From an uncultured delta proteobacterium (lineage in GTDB: Bacteria > Myxococcota_A > UBA9160 > SMWR01), in the NCBI GenBank assembly GCA_963832165.1, contig CAWHTE010000002.1, positions 320,001 to 384,000 of the forward strand: a DNA stretch of 64,000 bases, written 5' to 3'. Both the position numbers and the translations under genes were made by a program. The notes beneath the pieces are model-generated. The model saw nothing but the letters and a program-made list of their open reading frames with translations, did not search any database and was not told the DNA's origin. Shown piece after piece: positions 19,400 through 30,946 of this stretch; within the stretch, counting starts at the first letter, position 1; the number at the start of each line of letters is the position of its first letter.

Positions 19400-20702
19400 C
19401 CAATCGCACGGAGCGCGCTGGTCCTCACCCGGGATGCAGGCGCACCTGCGCCGGCGCCACCGCGCCGAGCGCCGCTTCCGCCGCGCCGGCGCGATCGCGA
19501 TCGGGCTCGCGCTGCTCGGGCTCGCGACGCTGCTCACCAGTATCACGGCGAACGGCTGGACGGCGTTCCGGGCCACCGAGATCCAGTTGGACGTCGCTTT
19601 CGACCCGGCGGTGTTCGCGGGCGTGGCGGAGGCGTCGCCGGACGAGCGCCTGGCGCTGATCGCAGGCGCCGACTACGCGTTGCTCGTGCGCGACGCGCTG
19701 CGCGCGCAGTTTCCGGACGTGGAGGAGCGACTGGCGCTGCGCGAGCTGTCGAGCCTCTTGAGCTCGGGCGCGCGCAAGGAGTTGCGCGCGGCCGTGATGG
19801 CCGAGCCGGCGCTGATCGGCACCACGCGCTCGTTCTGGCTCCAGGCCGACGACGAAGTCGATCTCTACCGAAAGGGGCACGGCGCGGGCGACGTGCTCGA
19901 GGCCGATCGCAACCTCAGCGACGCGCAGCTCGCGTGGATCGATCAGCTTTCGGAGCGCGGGCGCGTTCGATCGGTGTTCGCCACCGGATTCCTGACCTCG
20001 GGCGATTCGCGTGATCCCGAGCTGGCCGGAATCTGGGGCGCGGTCGTCGGGTCGTTCCTCACGCTGGTCGTCACGCTCACTCTCGTGTTCCCGCTGGGCG
20101 TGTCGGCGGCGGTCTACCTGGAGGAGTTCGCGCCGCGCAATCGCTTCACCGATCTGATCGAGGTGAACATCAACAACCTCGCCGCCGTGCCTTCGATCGT
20201 GTTCGGTCTGCTCGGCCTCGCGGTGTTCCTGGGCTTTTTCGAGCTTCCGCGCTCGGCGCCGCTCGTGGGCGGGCTCACGCTCGCACTCATGACGCTGCCC
20301 ACCGTGATCATCACCGGGCGCGTGGCGATCGGTGCCGTTCCACCCTCGATCCGGGAGGCGGCGCGCGGGCTCGGAGCGTCCCCGCTCCAGGTGGTGCTGC
20401 ATCACGTACTGCCGCTGGCGATGCCGGGCATCCTCACGGGCACTATCATCGGGATGGCGCGCGCGCTCGGCGAGACGGCGCCCCTTCTCATGATCGGCAT
20501 GGTGGCGTTCGTAGTCGACATTCCCCACGGCATCGGCGACGCGGCGACGGCGTTGCCGGTGCAGATCTTCCTGTGGGCCGACAGTCCGGAACGGGAGTTC
20601 GTGGAGAAGACCTCGGGAGCGATCCTGGTCCTGCTAGGCTTCCTCATCGCTATGAATGGGACGGCGATCTGGCTGCGCCGCCGATTCGAAAAACGCTGGT
20701 AG
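19392..20702 (+). CDS. pstA: Phosphate ABC transporter permease
   Basis: [26 protein letters not shown]. Confidence 0.96.
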   Translation: MTDQSHGARWSSPGMQAHLRRRHRAERRFRRAGAIAIGLALLGLATLLTSITANGWTAFRATEIQLDVAFDPAVFAGVAEASPDERLALIAGADYALLVRDALRAQFPDVEERLALRELSSLLSSGARKELRAAVMAEPALIGTTRSFWLQADDEVDLYRKGHGAGDVLEADRNLSDAQLAWIDQLSERGRVRSVFATGFLTSGDSRDPELAGIWGAVVGSFLTLVVTLTLVFPLGVSAAVYLEEFAPRNRFTDLIEVNINNLAAVPSIVFGLLGLAVFLGFFELPRSAPLVGGLTLALMTLPTVIITGRVAIGAVPPSIREAARGLGASPLQVVLHHVLPLAMPGILTGTIIGMARALGETAPLLMIGMVAFVVDIPHGIGDAATALPVQIFLWADSPEREFVEKTSGAILVLLGFLIAMNGTAIWLRRRFEKRW

Positions 20703-20706
20703 CGTC

Positions 20707-21540
20707 ATGGCGGAGCCCCGCGTGGTTCGAGAGATCCGGATCGAGCAGCCGCAACCGCAGAGCCGCGTTGCACAGAACGGGTCCGCGGTGAAGATGCGGG
20801 CGCGCGGCGTCCACGTGTTCTACGGCGACAACCACGCGGTCCAGGACGTGGACCTCGACATCACGCGCGACGACGTCACCGCGCTGATCGGACCGTCCGG
20901 CTGCGGAAAATCGACGCTGCTGCGCTGTTTCAATCGCATGAACGACACGATCCCGGACTGCCGTGTCACGGGCGACCTCTATCTCGACGATCAGCCGATC
21001 TACGGCGCCGCGATGGACGTCGAACAGCTGCGCGCTCGCGTGGGCATGGTGTTCCAGAAGCCGAATCCGTTCCCGAAGTCGATCTTCGACAACGTCGCCT
21101 ACGGCCCGCTGATCCACGGTCTCGCGCGGAAGGGCTCCGAGCTCGAGGAGATCATCGAGCGCAGCCTCACGCGCGCGGGGCTCTGGGACGAAGTGAAGGA
21201 CCGTCTCGACGAGCCCGGCACGGCGCTCTCGGGCGGGCAGCAGCAGCGTCTGTGCATCGCGCGCGCGATCGCCGTCGATCCCGAGGTGATCTTGATGGAC
21301 GAGCCGTGCTCGGCGCTCGACCCGATCGCCACGGCGCGCATCGAGGAGCTGATCTACGAGCTGCGCGGCCGCTATGCGATCGCGATCGTCACGCACAACA
21401 TGCAGCAGGCCGCGCGCGTATCGCAGCGCACCGCGTTCTTCCACCTCGGCGTGTTGATCGAGCAGGGCCCGACCGACGAGATCTTCACCAATCCGCGCGA
21501 GCAGCGGACAAGCGACTACATCACGGGGCGCTACGGATGA
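20707..21540 (+). CDS. pstB: Phosphate ABC transporter ATPase
   Basis: [37 protein letters not shown]. Confidence 0.97.
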   Translation: MAEPRVVREIRIEQPQPQSRVAQNGSAVKMRARGVHVFYGDNHAVQDVDLDITRDDVTALIGPSGCGKSTLLRCFNRMNDTIPDCRVTGDLYLDDQPIYGAAMDVEQLRARVGMVFQKPNPFPKSIFDNVAYGPLIHGLARKGSELEEIIERSLTRAGLWDEVKDRLDEPGTALSGGQQQRLCIARAIAVDPEVILMDEPCSALDPIATARIEELIYELRGRYAIAIVTHNMQQAARVSQRTAFFHLGVLIEQGPTDEIFTNPREQRTSDYITGRYG

Positions 21541-22208
21541 GCCGTGCCTTCGACAGCGTCATCGAGGGATTGCGCGGAAACCTGCTGCGCATGGGCGGAC
21601 GCGCGGAAGCGATCCTGGACAAGGCGCTGCGCGCGCTCTGGGAGCGCGACGCCCGGCTCGCCCAGGAGGTGGCGCAGGACGACGTCGAGATCGATCGCCT
21701 CGAAGTGGCGATCGACGAGGGCGTGCTCAAGGCGCTCGCGCTCCAGGCGCCCGTGGCCGAGGACCTGCGCGAAGTGCTCGCGGTGAAGATGATCGCGACG
21801 GATCTCGAGCGCGTCGGCGACCTCGCGCGCAACATCGCCAAGAGCGCTGCGCGCAGCGCGACCAATCCCGCGCTGCCGTTTCCCGCGGCGTTGACCAGCC
21901 TCGCGCGCTCGGCGCAGCGCGTACTGCGGCGCTCGCTCGACGCATTCAGCCGCACGGACGCAGAGCTCGCGCGCGCGGTGCTCGGCGAGGACGACGCGAT
22001 CGATCGCGCACAGGACGAGGTGGTGCAGACGATGCTGCGCGCGCTCGAGCGCCAGCCCGGCGCGGCCTCCCAGGAGGTCGACCTGATCATGGTGGCCAAG
22101 CACCTCGAGCGCGTCGGCGATCACGCCACCAACATCGCCGAGGACGTGATCCTGGTGGCCGAGGCGCGCAACGTGAAGCACGCCGCGAAGCTGGCGCGCA
22201 ACAACTGA
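21537..22208 (+). CDS. phoU: Phosphate signalling protein PhoU
   Basis: [29 protein letters not shown]. Confidence 0.95.
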   Translation: MSRAFDSVIEGLRGNLLRMGGRAEAILDKALRALWERDARLAQEVAQDDVEIDRLEVAIDEGVLKALALQAPVAEDLREVLAVKMIATDLERVGDLARNIAKSAARSATNPALPFPAALTSLARSAQRVLRRSLDAFSRTDAELARAVLGEDDAIDRAQDEVVQTMLRALERQPGAASQEVDLIMVAKHLERVGDHATNIAEDVILVAEARNVKHAAKLARNN

Positions 22209-22267
22209 CGGCGACGGACTCGCGCGAGAGCTTCGACGCGGCACTCGATGCCGCGCTGCGCCGCGCG

Positions 22268-23215
22268 ATGGGCCGCGGGCTCGCGAACGCCACGCGCCTG
22301 TCGGGAGGCGCGAGCCAGGAGACCTGGGCGGTCGATGCGGGCAGCGGTGGGGAGACCGAGCCGCTGATCCTGCGCCGGCGGCCCGGCGGAGCGAGCGTCG
22401 CGGGCAGTGCGATGGCGCTCGAGCTCGCCACCGAGGCGCGCCTGATCGGGCTCGCCGCGCAGGCGGGCGTTCCGGTGCCCGAGGTGCGCTACGTGCTGAC
22501 ACCCGAGGACGGACTCGGCTCCGGATACCTGATGCAGCGCCTCGCGGGCGAGACGATTCCACGCAAGATCTTGCGAGATGCGGCCCTTGCGGACATCCGC
22601 CCGCACCTCGCGCGTCAGTGCGGCGAGATCCTCGCGCGCATCCACTCGGTGCCTCGAGCCTCACTGCCGGCGTTGCGGGTCGCGCCTGCGTCGACTCAGT
22701 GGCGCGAGTACCGCGACCTCTACGACGGCTTCGACTGGCCGCATCCCGTGTTCGAGCTCGCGTTCCGCTGGATCGAGGAGCGCATGCCCCTTGCCGAGCG
22801 CGCGCGCGACACGCTCGTCCACGGCGATTTCCGGCACGGGAATCTCATGATCGGACCCGACGGCGTGCGCGGCGTGCTCGACTGGGAGCTCGCCCATCGC
22901 GGCGATCCGCTCGAGGACCTGGGCTGGCTGTGCGTGAACTCGTGGCGTTTCGGAAACATCGACCTGCCCGTGGGCGGATTCGGCGAGCGAGCGGATCTGT
23001 TCGCGGGCTACGAAGCGGCCGGCGGCCAGCGTGTCGACCCGGAGCGCGTGCGTTTCTGGGAGGTCATGGGATCGCTCAAGTGGGGCATCATGTGCATGGT
23101 GATGCTCTCGGTATTCGAGCGCGGGATCGACCGCTCGGTGGAGCGCGCGGCGATCGGTCGCCGTTCGTCCGAAGCCGAGATCGATCTGCTCGCATTGATC
23201 GCAGGCGAGAGATAG
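22268..23215 (+). CDS. APH/phosphotransferase family protein (may start at an in-frame CTG at 22205)
   Basis: LSGGASQETW, HGDFRHGN, LDWE. Confidence 0.88.
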   Translation: MGRGLANATRLSGGASQETWAVDAGSGGETEPLILRRRPGGASVAGSAMALELATEARLIGLAAQAGVPVPEVRYVLTPEDGLGSGYLMQRLAGETIPRKILRDAALADIRPHLARQCGEILARIHSVPRASLPALRVAPASTQWREYRDLYDGFDWPHPVFELAFRWIEERMPLAERARDTLVHGDFRHGNLMIGPDGVRGVLDWELAHRGDPLEDLGWLCVNSWRFGNIDLPVGGFGERADLFAGYEAAGGQRVDPERVRFWEVMGSLKWGIMCMVMLSVFERGIDRSVERAAIGRRSSEAEIDLLALIAGER

Positions 23216-23217
23216 CG

Positions 23218-23589
23218 ATGCAGGATCGTCCCAGCACGGCGCAGCTCGTCGCGGCGGTGCGCGACTTCCTCGAGCGGGTCGCGCAGCCGCAGCTCTCGGG
23301 TCACAGCGCGTTTCACGCGCGCGTGGCCGCGAACGCGCTCGCGATCGTCGAGCGCGAGCTCGCGCTCGGCCCCGCCCAGGACGCCGCGGAGCGCGATCGC
23401 CTGCGCGCGCTGCTCGGCAGCGAGGGGACGCTCGAGGAGCACAACCGCGAGCTGTGTCGCGCGATCCGCGCCGGGGACATCGGCGTCGACACGCCCGGCC
23501 TGCTCGACCACCTGCGCGCGACGACGCTCGCGAAGCTCGCGGTCGATCAGCCGAACTATTCCGGATACCGGCGCGCGATCGAGAAGTAG
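23218..23589 (+). CDS. DUF6285-like protein, typical partner of APH-family genes
   Basis: FHARVAANAL...KLAVDQPNY. Confidence 0.75.
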   Translation: MQDRPSTAQLVAAVRDFLERVAQPQLSGHSAFHARVAANALAIVERELALGPAQDAAERDRLRALLGSEGTLEEHNRELCRAIRAGDIGVDTPGLLDHLRATTLAKLAVDQPNYSGYRRAIEK

Positions 23590-24234
23590 CTACTCGCCCG
23601 TTCCGTCGTCGGGGCCGAAGATCTGGAAGCTCTGCCGCGGAAGGATCTCGTGTACCGCGATCCGCTTGTAGCCGGCCTCGCGCATCTCGCGTTCGATCGC
23701 GTCGGGCGGGGTGTAGTGGCCGAATGTGCGCACGAACCCGCCTCCGCGCTCGTCGTACTCGACGACCGCGACGCGCCCGCTCGGGGCCAGATCGACGAGC
23801 ACGCGCCGGAAGTAGGCGGGCCGATCGGCGATGTGGTGGTAGGTGTCGCAGACGAACACGAGATCGATCTCGCCGTCCGGCAGCTTCGGATCGCCGAGCT
23901 CGCCGCGCACGACCTCGACGTTCGCAGCCCCGAGCTCGCGCGCGCGCTCCGTGAGGAAGTCGGTCATGTCGTCGTCGACGTCCACCGCGTACACGCGCCC
24001 CGATCGGCCCACGGCTTCGGCGAGGCGGAACGTGAAGTAGCCGCCGCCCGCGCCGAGATCGGCGACGCGGTCGCCGGGCCCGATCCCGAGCAGCGCGATC
24101 ACGGCGTCGGGCCGCTGCCATTCGTCGCGGCCGGAGCCCTCGTAGGCGTAGCGCTTTCCGGCGCCGCATCCGGTGCCCGGCAGCGCGAGCACCAGTGCGA
24201 TGACGAATCCGAGACGACGGGCAAAACGCTTCAT
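23590..24234 (-). CDS. Class I SAM-dependent methyltransferase, probable lipoprotein
   Basis: RDEWQRP, VADLGAGGGYF, DTYHHI. Confidence 0.88.
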   Translation of the reverse strand: MKRFARRLGFVIALVLALPGTGCGAGKRYAYEGSGRDEWQRPDAVIALLGIGPGDRVADLGAGGGYFTFRLAEAVGRSGRVYAVDVDDDMTDFLTERARELGAANVEVVRGELGDPKLPDGEIDLVFVCDTYHHIADRPAYFRRVLVDLAPSGRVAVVEYDERGGGFVRTFGHYTPPDAIEREMREAGYKRIAVHEILPRQSFQIFGPDDGTGE

Positions 24235-24279
24235 CGCGAGCTCAGCTTGGCACGGAGTCGCGCGAGCTGCTTCTCTCCC

Positions 24280-24945
24280 GTGGAATGCCGCGCTGCCGCT
24301 CCGCCTGGCTCTCGCTGTGGATCGCCTTGCGCCTGGGCGCCGGCCCTCGCGCACGCGGAGCAGACCCGCGCCGATCAGGTTCCGCTCGGCGATCTGGTCG
24401 AGATCGTCGTGATGGAGGACGAGATTCTCGGGATCGATGGCGAGAGCGGTGGCACTTCGGTGGTGCGGAGGCGCCTCACCGAGCAGGTGCTCTGGAAGGG
24501 CTCTCGCGGCCGCGTAGGCATCGTGATCACCGATCAACGCGTGCTCGCGATCGCTCCGAAGACGGGCGGCTGGCAGGAAGCCGCCTACGAGCGCGGCGAG
24601 CCGCCCGCGCGCAGCGCCGAGCTCGGCGATCGCGTGGCGCTCGTGATCCTTCCGAAGCGGGTACTGGGATTCCTCGGCACCGTCGGCCGTTTCGTGCAGG
24701 TTCGGCTCGGCCCGCAGGAAGACCTGCGCGCTGTGCGCGTCGGCGCAAACGTGGCCGTGATCGTGACCGATCGCGTGGCGCTCGGGCTGTCTCCGCACGC
24801 CGGTGGGTTCTTCCCGATCCGTCTCCAGCTCAAGGAGCGGATCCACGAAGTGGCGGCGCGCTCGAACATGGCCACGGTGCAAACCGATCAGCGCGTGCTC
24901 GTGTTCCGCTCGTCGACGGGCACCTGGGCGGAGCGACGACACTGA
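24280..24945 (+). CDS. Hypothetical exported protein with short beta-repeats
   Basis: Repeated V..TD.R.L units; start uncertain. Confidence 0.6.
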   Translation: MECRAAAPPGSRCGSPCAWAPALAHAEQTRADQVPLGDLVEIVVMEDEILGIDGESGGTSVVRRRLTEQVLWKGSRGRVGIVITDQRVLAIAPKTGGWQEAAYERGEPPARSAELGDRVALVILPKRVLGFLGTVGRFVQVRLGPQEDLRAVRVGANVAVIVTDRVALGLSPHAGGFFPIRLQLKERIHEVAARSNMATVQTDQRVLVFRSSTGTWAERRH

Positions 24946-24959
24946 GCCCGGTATGAGGC

Positions 24960-26602
24960 CTACCAGCCCAACGCTGCCACGAGCGCGTGGTAGACGTAGC
25001 TCTGCTCCTGCACGCCGTGGAAGAGAGCTGCGCCGGGGCCGCCCGCGTAGAGCGGCACGTCCTCGCCGCCGTGGGACTCCGATTCGAGCGGCACGGTGCT
25101 CTCCTGGAGATAGCGCGGGTCGGCGGTGTCGACGCGCGAGAGATCGGGGCGGCCCGCGGCGATGCCCTTCACGCTGCGCGGACGTGCGGAAACCGCTTGA
25201 CCCCCTCGCGCTGCGAATCCGAGGCGCCCGTGTAGCCGGGTCCGTTCGCATAACCCAGCGTGGTGTAGGGGCGTCCGGTTGCGTCGAGCATCGGCTCGCC
25301 GTTCGGCTCGCCGCGCGCGTCGTTTCCGCGCACGAGGCCCAAAATCGGATTGCCGCGCGCGGGATAGCCACCCAGCGTGAAGGTGTGGCTGTGATCGGCC
25401 GTGACCACGACGAGCGTCTCGCGCAGGTTCACGCGGGAGAGCGCCGCGTCGACGGCGGCCGACAGCGCGACCGCATCGTGCAGCGCGAGATACGCACTCG
25501 AGGCGTGGTGGCCGTGATCGATGCGACCCGCCTCGACGAGCAGGACGTAGCCCTTGCGTTCGCGCGCGAGGCGATCGATCGCGATACCGGTCATCTCGGC
25601 GAGCGACGGCTCGCCCGCGCGATCGCGCGCGCGGTCGGTCTCGTACTGCATGTGCGAGGGCTCGAACAGCCCGAGCACCTGCGGAGTCTTCGCGAGATCG
25701 AGTGCGAACAGCTGTGCGCGATTCCACACGTACGCCCGACCCGGTCGCGCAGACTGCCAGGCGCCCGCGAGATCGCGGCCGTCGGCGCGCCGCCCGCGCT
25801 GATCCGGATACTCCGGATCGCGCGCGGTCGCGGGCAGGAACTGCGCGCGCCCTCCGCCCAGCGCCACGTCGACGCCGTCGCCCACCGGGAGCTCGACGAA
25901 CTGGCGCGCGATGTCGCGCTCCCCGGCGGCCGACGCGCCCGCGGGCAGGTCGGCGTCGCTCTCCCAGTCGCGGTGCGGGCTGTGGGCATAGGCGGCCGCG
26001 GGTGTGGCGTGGGTCAGCCGCGCGGTCGTGACGACCCCGGTCGCGACGCCGCGCTCCTCGGCCCACTCGAACAGCGAGCGCACCCGCTGCTCGGGCCGGC
26101 TCGGCACGCCGAGCGGCGCCGACGCATCCAGATCGATCACGCCGGCACGCGTCTTCACGCCGGTGAGGATGGCGGTCGCGGTACCCGCGGAGTCGGGCAC
26201 CTGCTGATTCGTGTCGTAGGTCTTGATCAGCGCGACGTAGGGCAGGCGCTCGAACGCGAGCGCATTCTCCTCGCCGGATTCACCGCGCAGCTGGCCCGCG
26301 AGGATGCGCGCCGCCGTGACGGTACTGACGCCCATGCCGTCGCCGATGAACACGATCGCGTTGCGCGCGCGCTCGCGCTGAGGATGGAGCGCGCGGGCCG
26401 CGGCGACCGCGGCGCGCCCCTGCTCGCGCCACGCGGCCGCAGAGTTGGGATCGCGCGGCCCAGCCCGATGGACTTCGCTCGCCTTCGTCTCGCTGCGCGA
26501 AACTTGCGCTCCCTGGGCGAAACTTGCCTCAGCAGGCAACACGAACGGCCCCAGCACGAGCAACGCCGCGCAGATCGCGCGTCGCCGCGTCGACTCGGAC
26601 AT
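24960..26602 (-). CDS. Alkaline phosphatase (PhoA/ALP family); frameshift near 25185
   Basis: FIGDGMG, VPDSAGTATA, THATPAA, EAGRIDHGHH, TADHSH, HGGEDV. Confidence 0.92.
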
Positions 26603-26613
26603 GCCGATCCTCC

Positions 26614-27345
26614 TCATCGCGCCTTGCACACGCCCTGTGCGATCAGCTCGCGGCGCGCCTTGCCCGCCCAGTCGCGCTGCGCGAGCGGGCTCGCCGGGCT
26701 CGGATGCAGCACGCGCGCCACGCGCACGCGCGATCCGAGCACTTCGCGCGCGCGCCCCTCGGCAAACGTCCCCACGCCGACGACCCAGGTGGGCTCGAGC
26801 ACCTCGACCACGCGCAGGAGGTGGCGATCGCACGCGCGATAGAGCGCCTCGCGCTCGGCAGCGGGGAGCTTGTCGGGCGTGCGATTGCGGCCGCTCGCCT
26901 CGAGGAACAGCAGCGGGCAGTAGTTCGCGACGAAGTGGTCGGCGAAGAAGCGCGCCGCGGTGCCGAAATGACTCGCGATCGCCCCCCACAGCCGCGCGCC
27001 GCTGACCTCGCTGCGCGCACACGCAAATCCGTGCACGGGCCGCTTCGGGTGCTCGAAGGCCGGGCGGCCGACCGGGGCCTCGATGGCGAGGAAGTCCCGC
27101 ACCGCGCCGATCTCGCCGAATGGAACGCCGGTCTGCGCCATTCCGAAGGGGCCCGGGTTCATCCCGAGGAATACGACCCGCTTGCGCGAGCTCGCGTACG
27201 CGTCGAGGTAGGCGGCGTGCGCGCGGCGCGCGTAGTCGAGCGGGTCGTAGACGTGGGACACCGGCGCGGCGAAACGCAGCGCGGCGACGTCGCGCGAGAG
27301 ACGCGAGGCGGCGGTGCGCAGTGCGCGGGCGCGGGTGGCAGGCAT
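26614..27345 (-). CDS. SMUG1-family uracil-DNA glycosylase
   Basis: GMNPGPFGMAQTGVPFG, SEVSG, NRTP, HPSPASP. Confidence 0.92.
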   Translation of the reverse strand: MPATRARALRTAASRLSRDVAALRFAAPVSHVYDPLDYARRAHAAYLDAYASSRKRVVFLGMNPGPFGMAQTGVPFGEIGAVRDFLAIEAPVGRPAFEHPKRPVHGFACARSEVSGARLWGAIASHFGTAARFFADHFVANYCPLLFLEASGRNRTPDKLPAAEREALYRACDRHLLRVVEVLEPTWVVGVGTFAEGRAREVLGSRVRVARVLHPSPASPLAQRDWAGKARRELIAQGVCKAR

Positions 27346-27475
27346 GCGGTTCCGGGTGGACGCCCGTGCGTACCGCAGCCGGCTCGGGATCGCGAGGGGC
27401 ACCGCGCAAGACCGAGGCTGCACCCCACCGACGTGCGCGCTTCTCCGGCTACAGTACGGCCCGGGGTGAAATGGG

Positions 27476-28255
27476 ATGAACGCAGTCGCCGACGGAAGCG
27501 CACGGGTTCGGCTCGAAGACGTGCACCTGTCGGTTCGCGGCCATGCGATCTTTCGCGGCCTCTCCTGCAGGTTTCCGCGCGGCAAGATCTCGGTGATCCT
27601 GGGTGGCAGCGGCGCGGGGAAAAGCACCCTGCTGCGCATGATCGGAGGACTCGCGCGGCCACAGCGCGGCGTCGTCACCGTCGCGGGAGTCGATGTGAAC
27701 CGGCTCCCCGAGCGCGAGCTGTACGACGTGCGCCAGCGCATCGGCATGCTGTTCCAACACGGCGCACTGCTCGATTCGATGAGCGTGTTCGACAACGTTG
27801 CGCTGCCGCTGCGCGAGCACACCGACCTCGCCGCGAGCGACGTTTCGGCGGAGGTCGAGCGGCGCCTCGCTGCGGTGGGGTTGCCCGGAACCGGGGCGAT
27901 GTATCCGCGCGAGCTGTCGGGCGGCATGCTGCGGCGCGCTGCGCTCGCGCGCGCGATCGTGACCGACCCGGAGATCGTGCTCTGCGACGAGCCGTTCTCG
28001 GGCCTCGATCCGATCAACGTGCGGCGCATCGAGAAGCTGTTCGCGACGCTCAATCAGCAGCTGGGTCTCACGCTCCTGATCACGTCACATCACATTCCCT
28101 CGTCGCTCCGAATGGCCGACCAGATCGTGTTCCTGCTCGACGGAACGGCGATCGCGGGCGCACCCAAGGAGATGCGTCACCACGCCGACGCGCGAGTCGC
28201 GGGCTTCTTCGCGGCCGAGCTCGATGCGGACGCTGCTCCGGAGGGCGACGCATGA
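27476..28255 (+). CDS. mlaF: Mla ABC transporter ATPase
   Basis: GGSGAGKS, LFQHGALLDS, ELSGGM, DEPFSGLDP; operon context. Confidence 0.9.
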   Translation: MNAVADGSARVRLEDVHLSVRGHAIFRGLSCRFPRGKISVILGGSGAGKSTLLRMIGGLARPQRGVVTVAGVDVNRLPERELYDVRQRIGMLFQHGALLDSMSVFDNVALPLREHTDLAASDVSAEVERRLAAVGLPGTGAMYPRELSGGMLRRAALARAIVTDPEIVLCDEPFSGLDPINVRRIEKLFATLNQQLGLTLLITSHHIPSSLRMADQIVFLLDGTAIAGAPKEMRHHADARVAGFFAAELDADAAPEGDA

Positions 28256-29025
28256 ACGCGATCCAGGACCTCGGCCTGCGCACGATCACGCTGGTGTCAC
28301 ACCTCGGGCGCCTCGCGGCGTTCGTGATGCAGATCGGCCAGAACGCGGTCCGCCCGCCGTGGCGCGTGCAGCGCCTCGTCGACGAGATCTACGACGTGGG
28401 CGTGTTGTCGCTCGCGATCATCTGCCTCTCGGGCGCCACGGTCGGCGCGGTGCTCGGCCTGCAGGGCTATGTGACGCTTTCGCGCTTCGGCGCCGAGGGG
28501 TCGCTCGGCGCCGTGGTCGGGCTCTCGCTCGTGCGCGAGCTCGGCCCCGTGCTCACGGCGCTGCTCGTGACCGGGCGCGCGGGTTCGGCGATGGCGGCCG
28601 AGATCGCCTCGATGGTCACGACCGAGCAGCTCGATGGTCTGCGCATGATGTCGATCGATCCGGTCGACTTCGTGGTCAAGCCGAAGGCACTCGCGATGCT
28701 GATCGCGATGCCGATGCTGAACGCGCTGTTCATCGTGTTCGCGCTGTTCGGCGGCTATCTGGTCGGCGTGACGCTGCTGGGCGTCGACGGCGGAACCTAC
28801 GTATCGAGCATGGAGGGATCGATCAACTTCGAGGACGACATCGCCGGCACGCTGCTCAAGTCGGTCGTGTTTGGCGCGTTGGTCGGGATGATCGCGACCT
28901 ACCGCGGCTACACCAGCGCGCCCACCTCGGCAGGCGTCTCGAAGGCCACCACCGGAACGGTCGTGACGGGCTCGGTGGCGATTCTCTTGCTCGACTACGT
29001 GATCACCGCACTCTGGGGCGTCTAG
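28252..29025 (+). CDS. mlaE: Mla ABC transporter permease
   Basis: RELGPVLTALLVTGRAGSA, EQLDGL. Confidence 0.92.
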   Translation: MNAIQDLGLRTITLVSHLGRLAAFVMQIGQNAVRPPWRVQRLVDEIYDVGVLSLAIICLSGATVGAVLGLQGYVTLSRFGAEGSLGAVVGLSLVRELGPVLTALLVTGRAGSAMAAEIASMVTTEQLDGLRMMSIDPVDFVVKPKALAMLIAMPMLNALFIVFALFGGYLVGVTLLGVDGGTYVSSMEGSINFEDDIAGTLLKSVVFGALVGMIATYRGYTSAPTSAGVSKATTGTVVTGSVAILLLDYVITALWGV

Positions 29026-29064
29026 CCCGATCCCCGACATTTCCCCTTCGATCCGGAGACCCGC

Positions 29065-29544
29065 ATGCAGCCTTCACCCGTCCGCGACATGATCGTCGGT
29101 CTGTTCGTGGCGCTCGGCCTCGCCACCATCGCCTATCTGTCGATCCAGGTCGGCGGCGTCTCCTATTCCGGTCGCGGTGGGCTCGCGCTCCACGCGACGT
29201 TCGATCAGATCGGAGGGCTCAAGCCGCGCGCGCCCGTGTCGGTGGCGGGCGTGACGGTGGGCCAGGTGCGCGAGATCTCGCTCGACGAACGGCTGCGCGC
29301 GCGCGTGACGTTCGAGGTGGACGAGGACCTCGAGCTTCCGGTGGATACCTCCGCAGCGATCCACACCGCAGGACTGCTCGGCGACCAGTTCGTCGCGCTC
29401 GAGCCCGGCGGCGAGGACGAGCTGCTCACGAACGACGGCGAGATCGAGTTCACCGAGAGCGCGCTCTCGGTCGAGCGGCTGATCGGCAAGTTCGTGCACG
29501 ACTCGGGGATCGATTCGGGAGCGAAGGGGGCGGAATCGAAATGA
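29065..29544 (+). CDS. mlaD: MCE-domain protein
   Basis: FDQIGGLK, AGVTVGQV, TAGLLGDQF. Confidence 0.92.
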   Translation: MQPSPVRDMIVGLFVALGLATIAYLSIQVGGVSYSGRGGLALHATFDQIGGLKPRAPVSVAGVTVGQVREISLDERLRARVTFEVDEDLELPVDTSAAIHTAGLLGDQFVALEPGGEDELLTNDGEIEFTESALSVERLIGKFVHDSGIDSGAKGAESK

Positions 29545-30339
29545 ACACGGGCGCTCCCATGCGCGTCGCAGCCGGGATCGCGCTGCTCTCGGGCGCGCTC
29601 GCGGCGGCTGCGCGAGGCGCAGTCGGCTGCGGAGGTCGTCGGCGACAGCGCCGCGACCGAAGCGGAGCAGCGCGCCGTGCACGACCCGTGGGAGACGATG
29701 AATCGCGGGATCTTCGAGTTCAACGATCTATTGGACCGCTATCTGCTCGAGCCGGTCGCGACCGGCTGGAACGCCGTCGTTCCCGAGCCGGCGCAGCGCG
29801 GTATCGCCAATTTCTTCGCCAACCTCGCCACGCCGCGCCGGGTCGCGAACGATCTGTTCCAGGGCAAGCCGGAAAAGGCGGGCGACGACATCGGGCGCTT
29901 CCTGATCAACACCACGTTCGGCGTGCTCGGGCTGTTCGATCCGGCCAGTGCGGAGGGCATCGCTGCGGGCAACGAGGACTTCGGGCAGACGCTCGGGGTG
30001 TGGGGCTCGCCGGCGGGGCCCTATCTGGTGCTGCCGCTGTTCGGCCCCTCGAGCCCGCGCGACGCGGCCGGGCTCGCGGTCGACAGCTTCGCGCTATCGC
30101 CCGAGTTCTACGTCGTTCCGTGGTACGTGAGCGTGCCCACGTCGAGCACGCGCGTGATCAACGCGCGCTCGCTCGTGCTCGAGACCGTGCGCGCCGAGCG
30201 GGAGTCGGCGTTCGATTTCTACGCTGCGGTGCGGAGTGCATACGTTCAGTACCGCATCAACCAGGTTCGGGACCGCGCTGAAGAGCCGGAGGATCAGGAT
30301 GAAGACGAGGACTTCTATTACCTCGAGGACGAAGAGTGA
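29541..30339 (+). CDS. mlaA: VacJ/MlaA lipoprotein; probable frameshift near 29600
   Basis: DPWETMNR, RFLINTTFG, EDFGQTLG, GPYLVLPLFGPS. Confidence 0.88.
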
Positions 30340-30946
30340 GATCGCGGCGCTGTGCGTCGCGCTCGTCGCGTTCCTCGGCGCTGCCGCGGCGAGTGCCGCC
30401 ACCGCGGCCACGCCGCCGGACAGCGCCAAGGCGCTGATCGAGAAGACGGTGGTGCAGGTGCTCGACGTGCTGCGCGACAAGTCGCGCAGCGCCGCGCAGC
30501 GCCGGCTCGAGCTCGAGAAGATCGCCCACGAGCGCTTCGACTTCCGCACGATGGCGCGGCTCGTGCTCGCGCGCGATTGGAAGCGGCTCGACGCCGCCAA
30601 ACGCGACGAGTTCGTCGATCACTTCACCACCTACCTCGCCAACGACTACGGCAGCCGAATCGACCGCTACCAGGAGCAGGACGTCAAAGTCATGGGCGAG
30701 CAGCCGAAGCCGCGCGGCGACGTGGAGGTGCGCACGAAGATCGTCGGCGGCGACAACAGCGGCGCGATCGTCGATTACCGCATGCGCAAGGGCAAGGACG
30801 GCTGGCGCATCATCGACGTCGTGATCGAGGGTATCAGCCTCGTGGCGAACTTCCGCGACCAGTTCCGCGAGGTCATCGCGCGCGGCGGACCCGAGGCGCT
30901 GCTGCAGAAGCTCAAGGAGAAGAACGCCGCGGCGGCCGAAGCGTGA
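30299..30946 (+). CDS. mlaC: Phospholipid-binding protein MlaC
   Basis: FDFRTMARLVL, WRIIDVVIEGISLVANFR; start uncertain. Confidence 0.9.
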   Translation: MKTRTSITSRTKSEIAALCVALVAFLGAAAASAATAATPPDSAKALIEKTVVQVLDVLRDKSRSAAQRRLELEKIAHERFDFRTMARLVLARDWKRLDAAKRDEFVDHFTTYLANDYGSRIDRYQEQDVKVMGEQPKPRGDVEVRTKIVGGDNSGAIVDYRMRKGKDGWRIIDVVIEGISLVANFRDQFREVIARGGPEALLQKLKEKNAAAAEA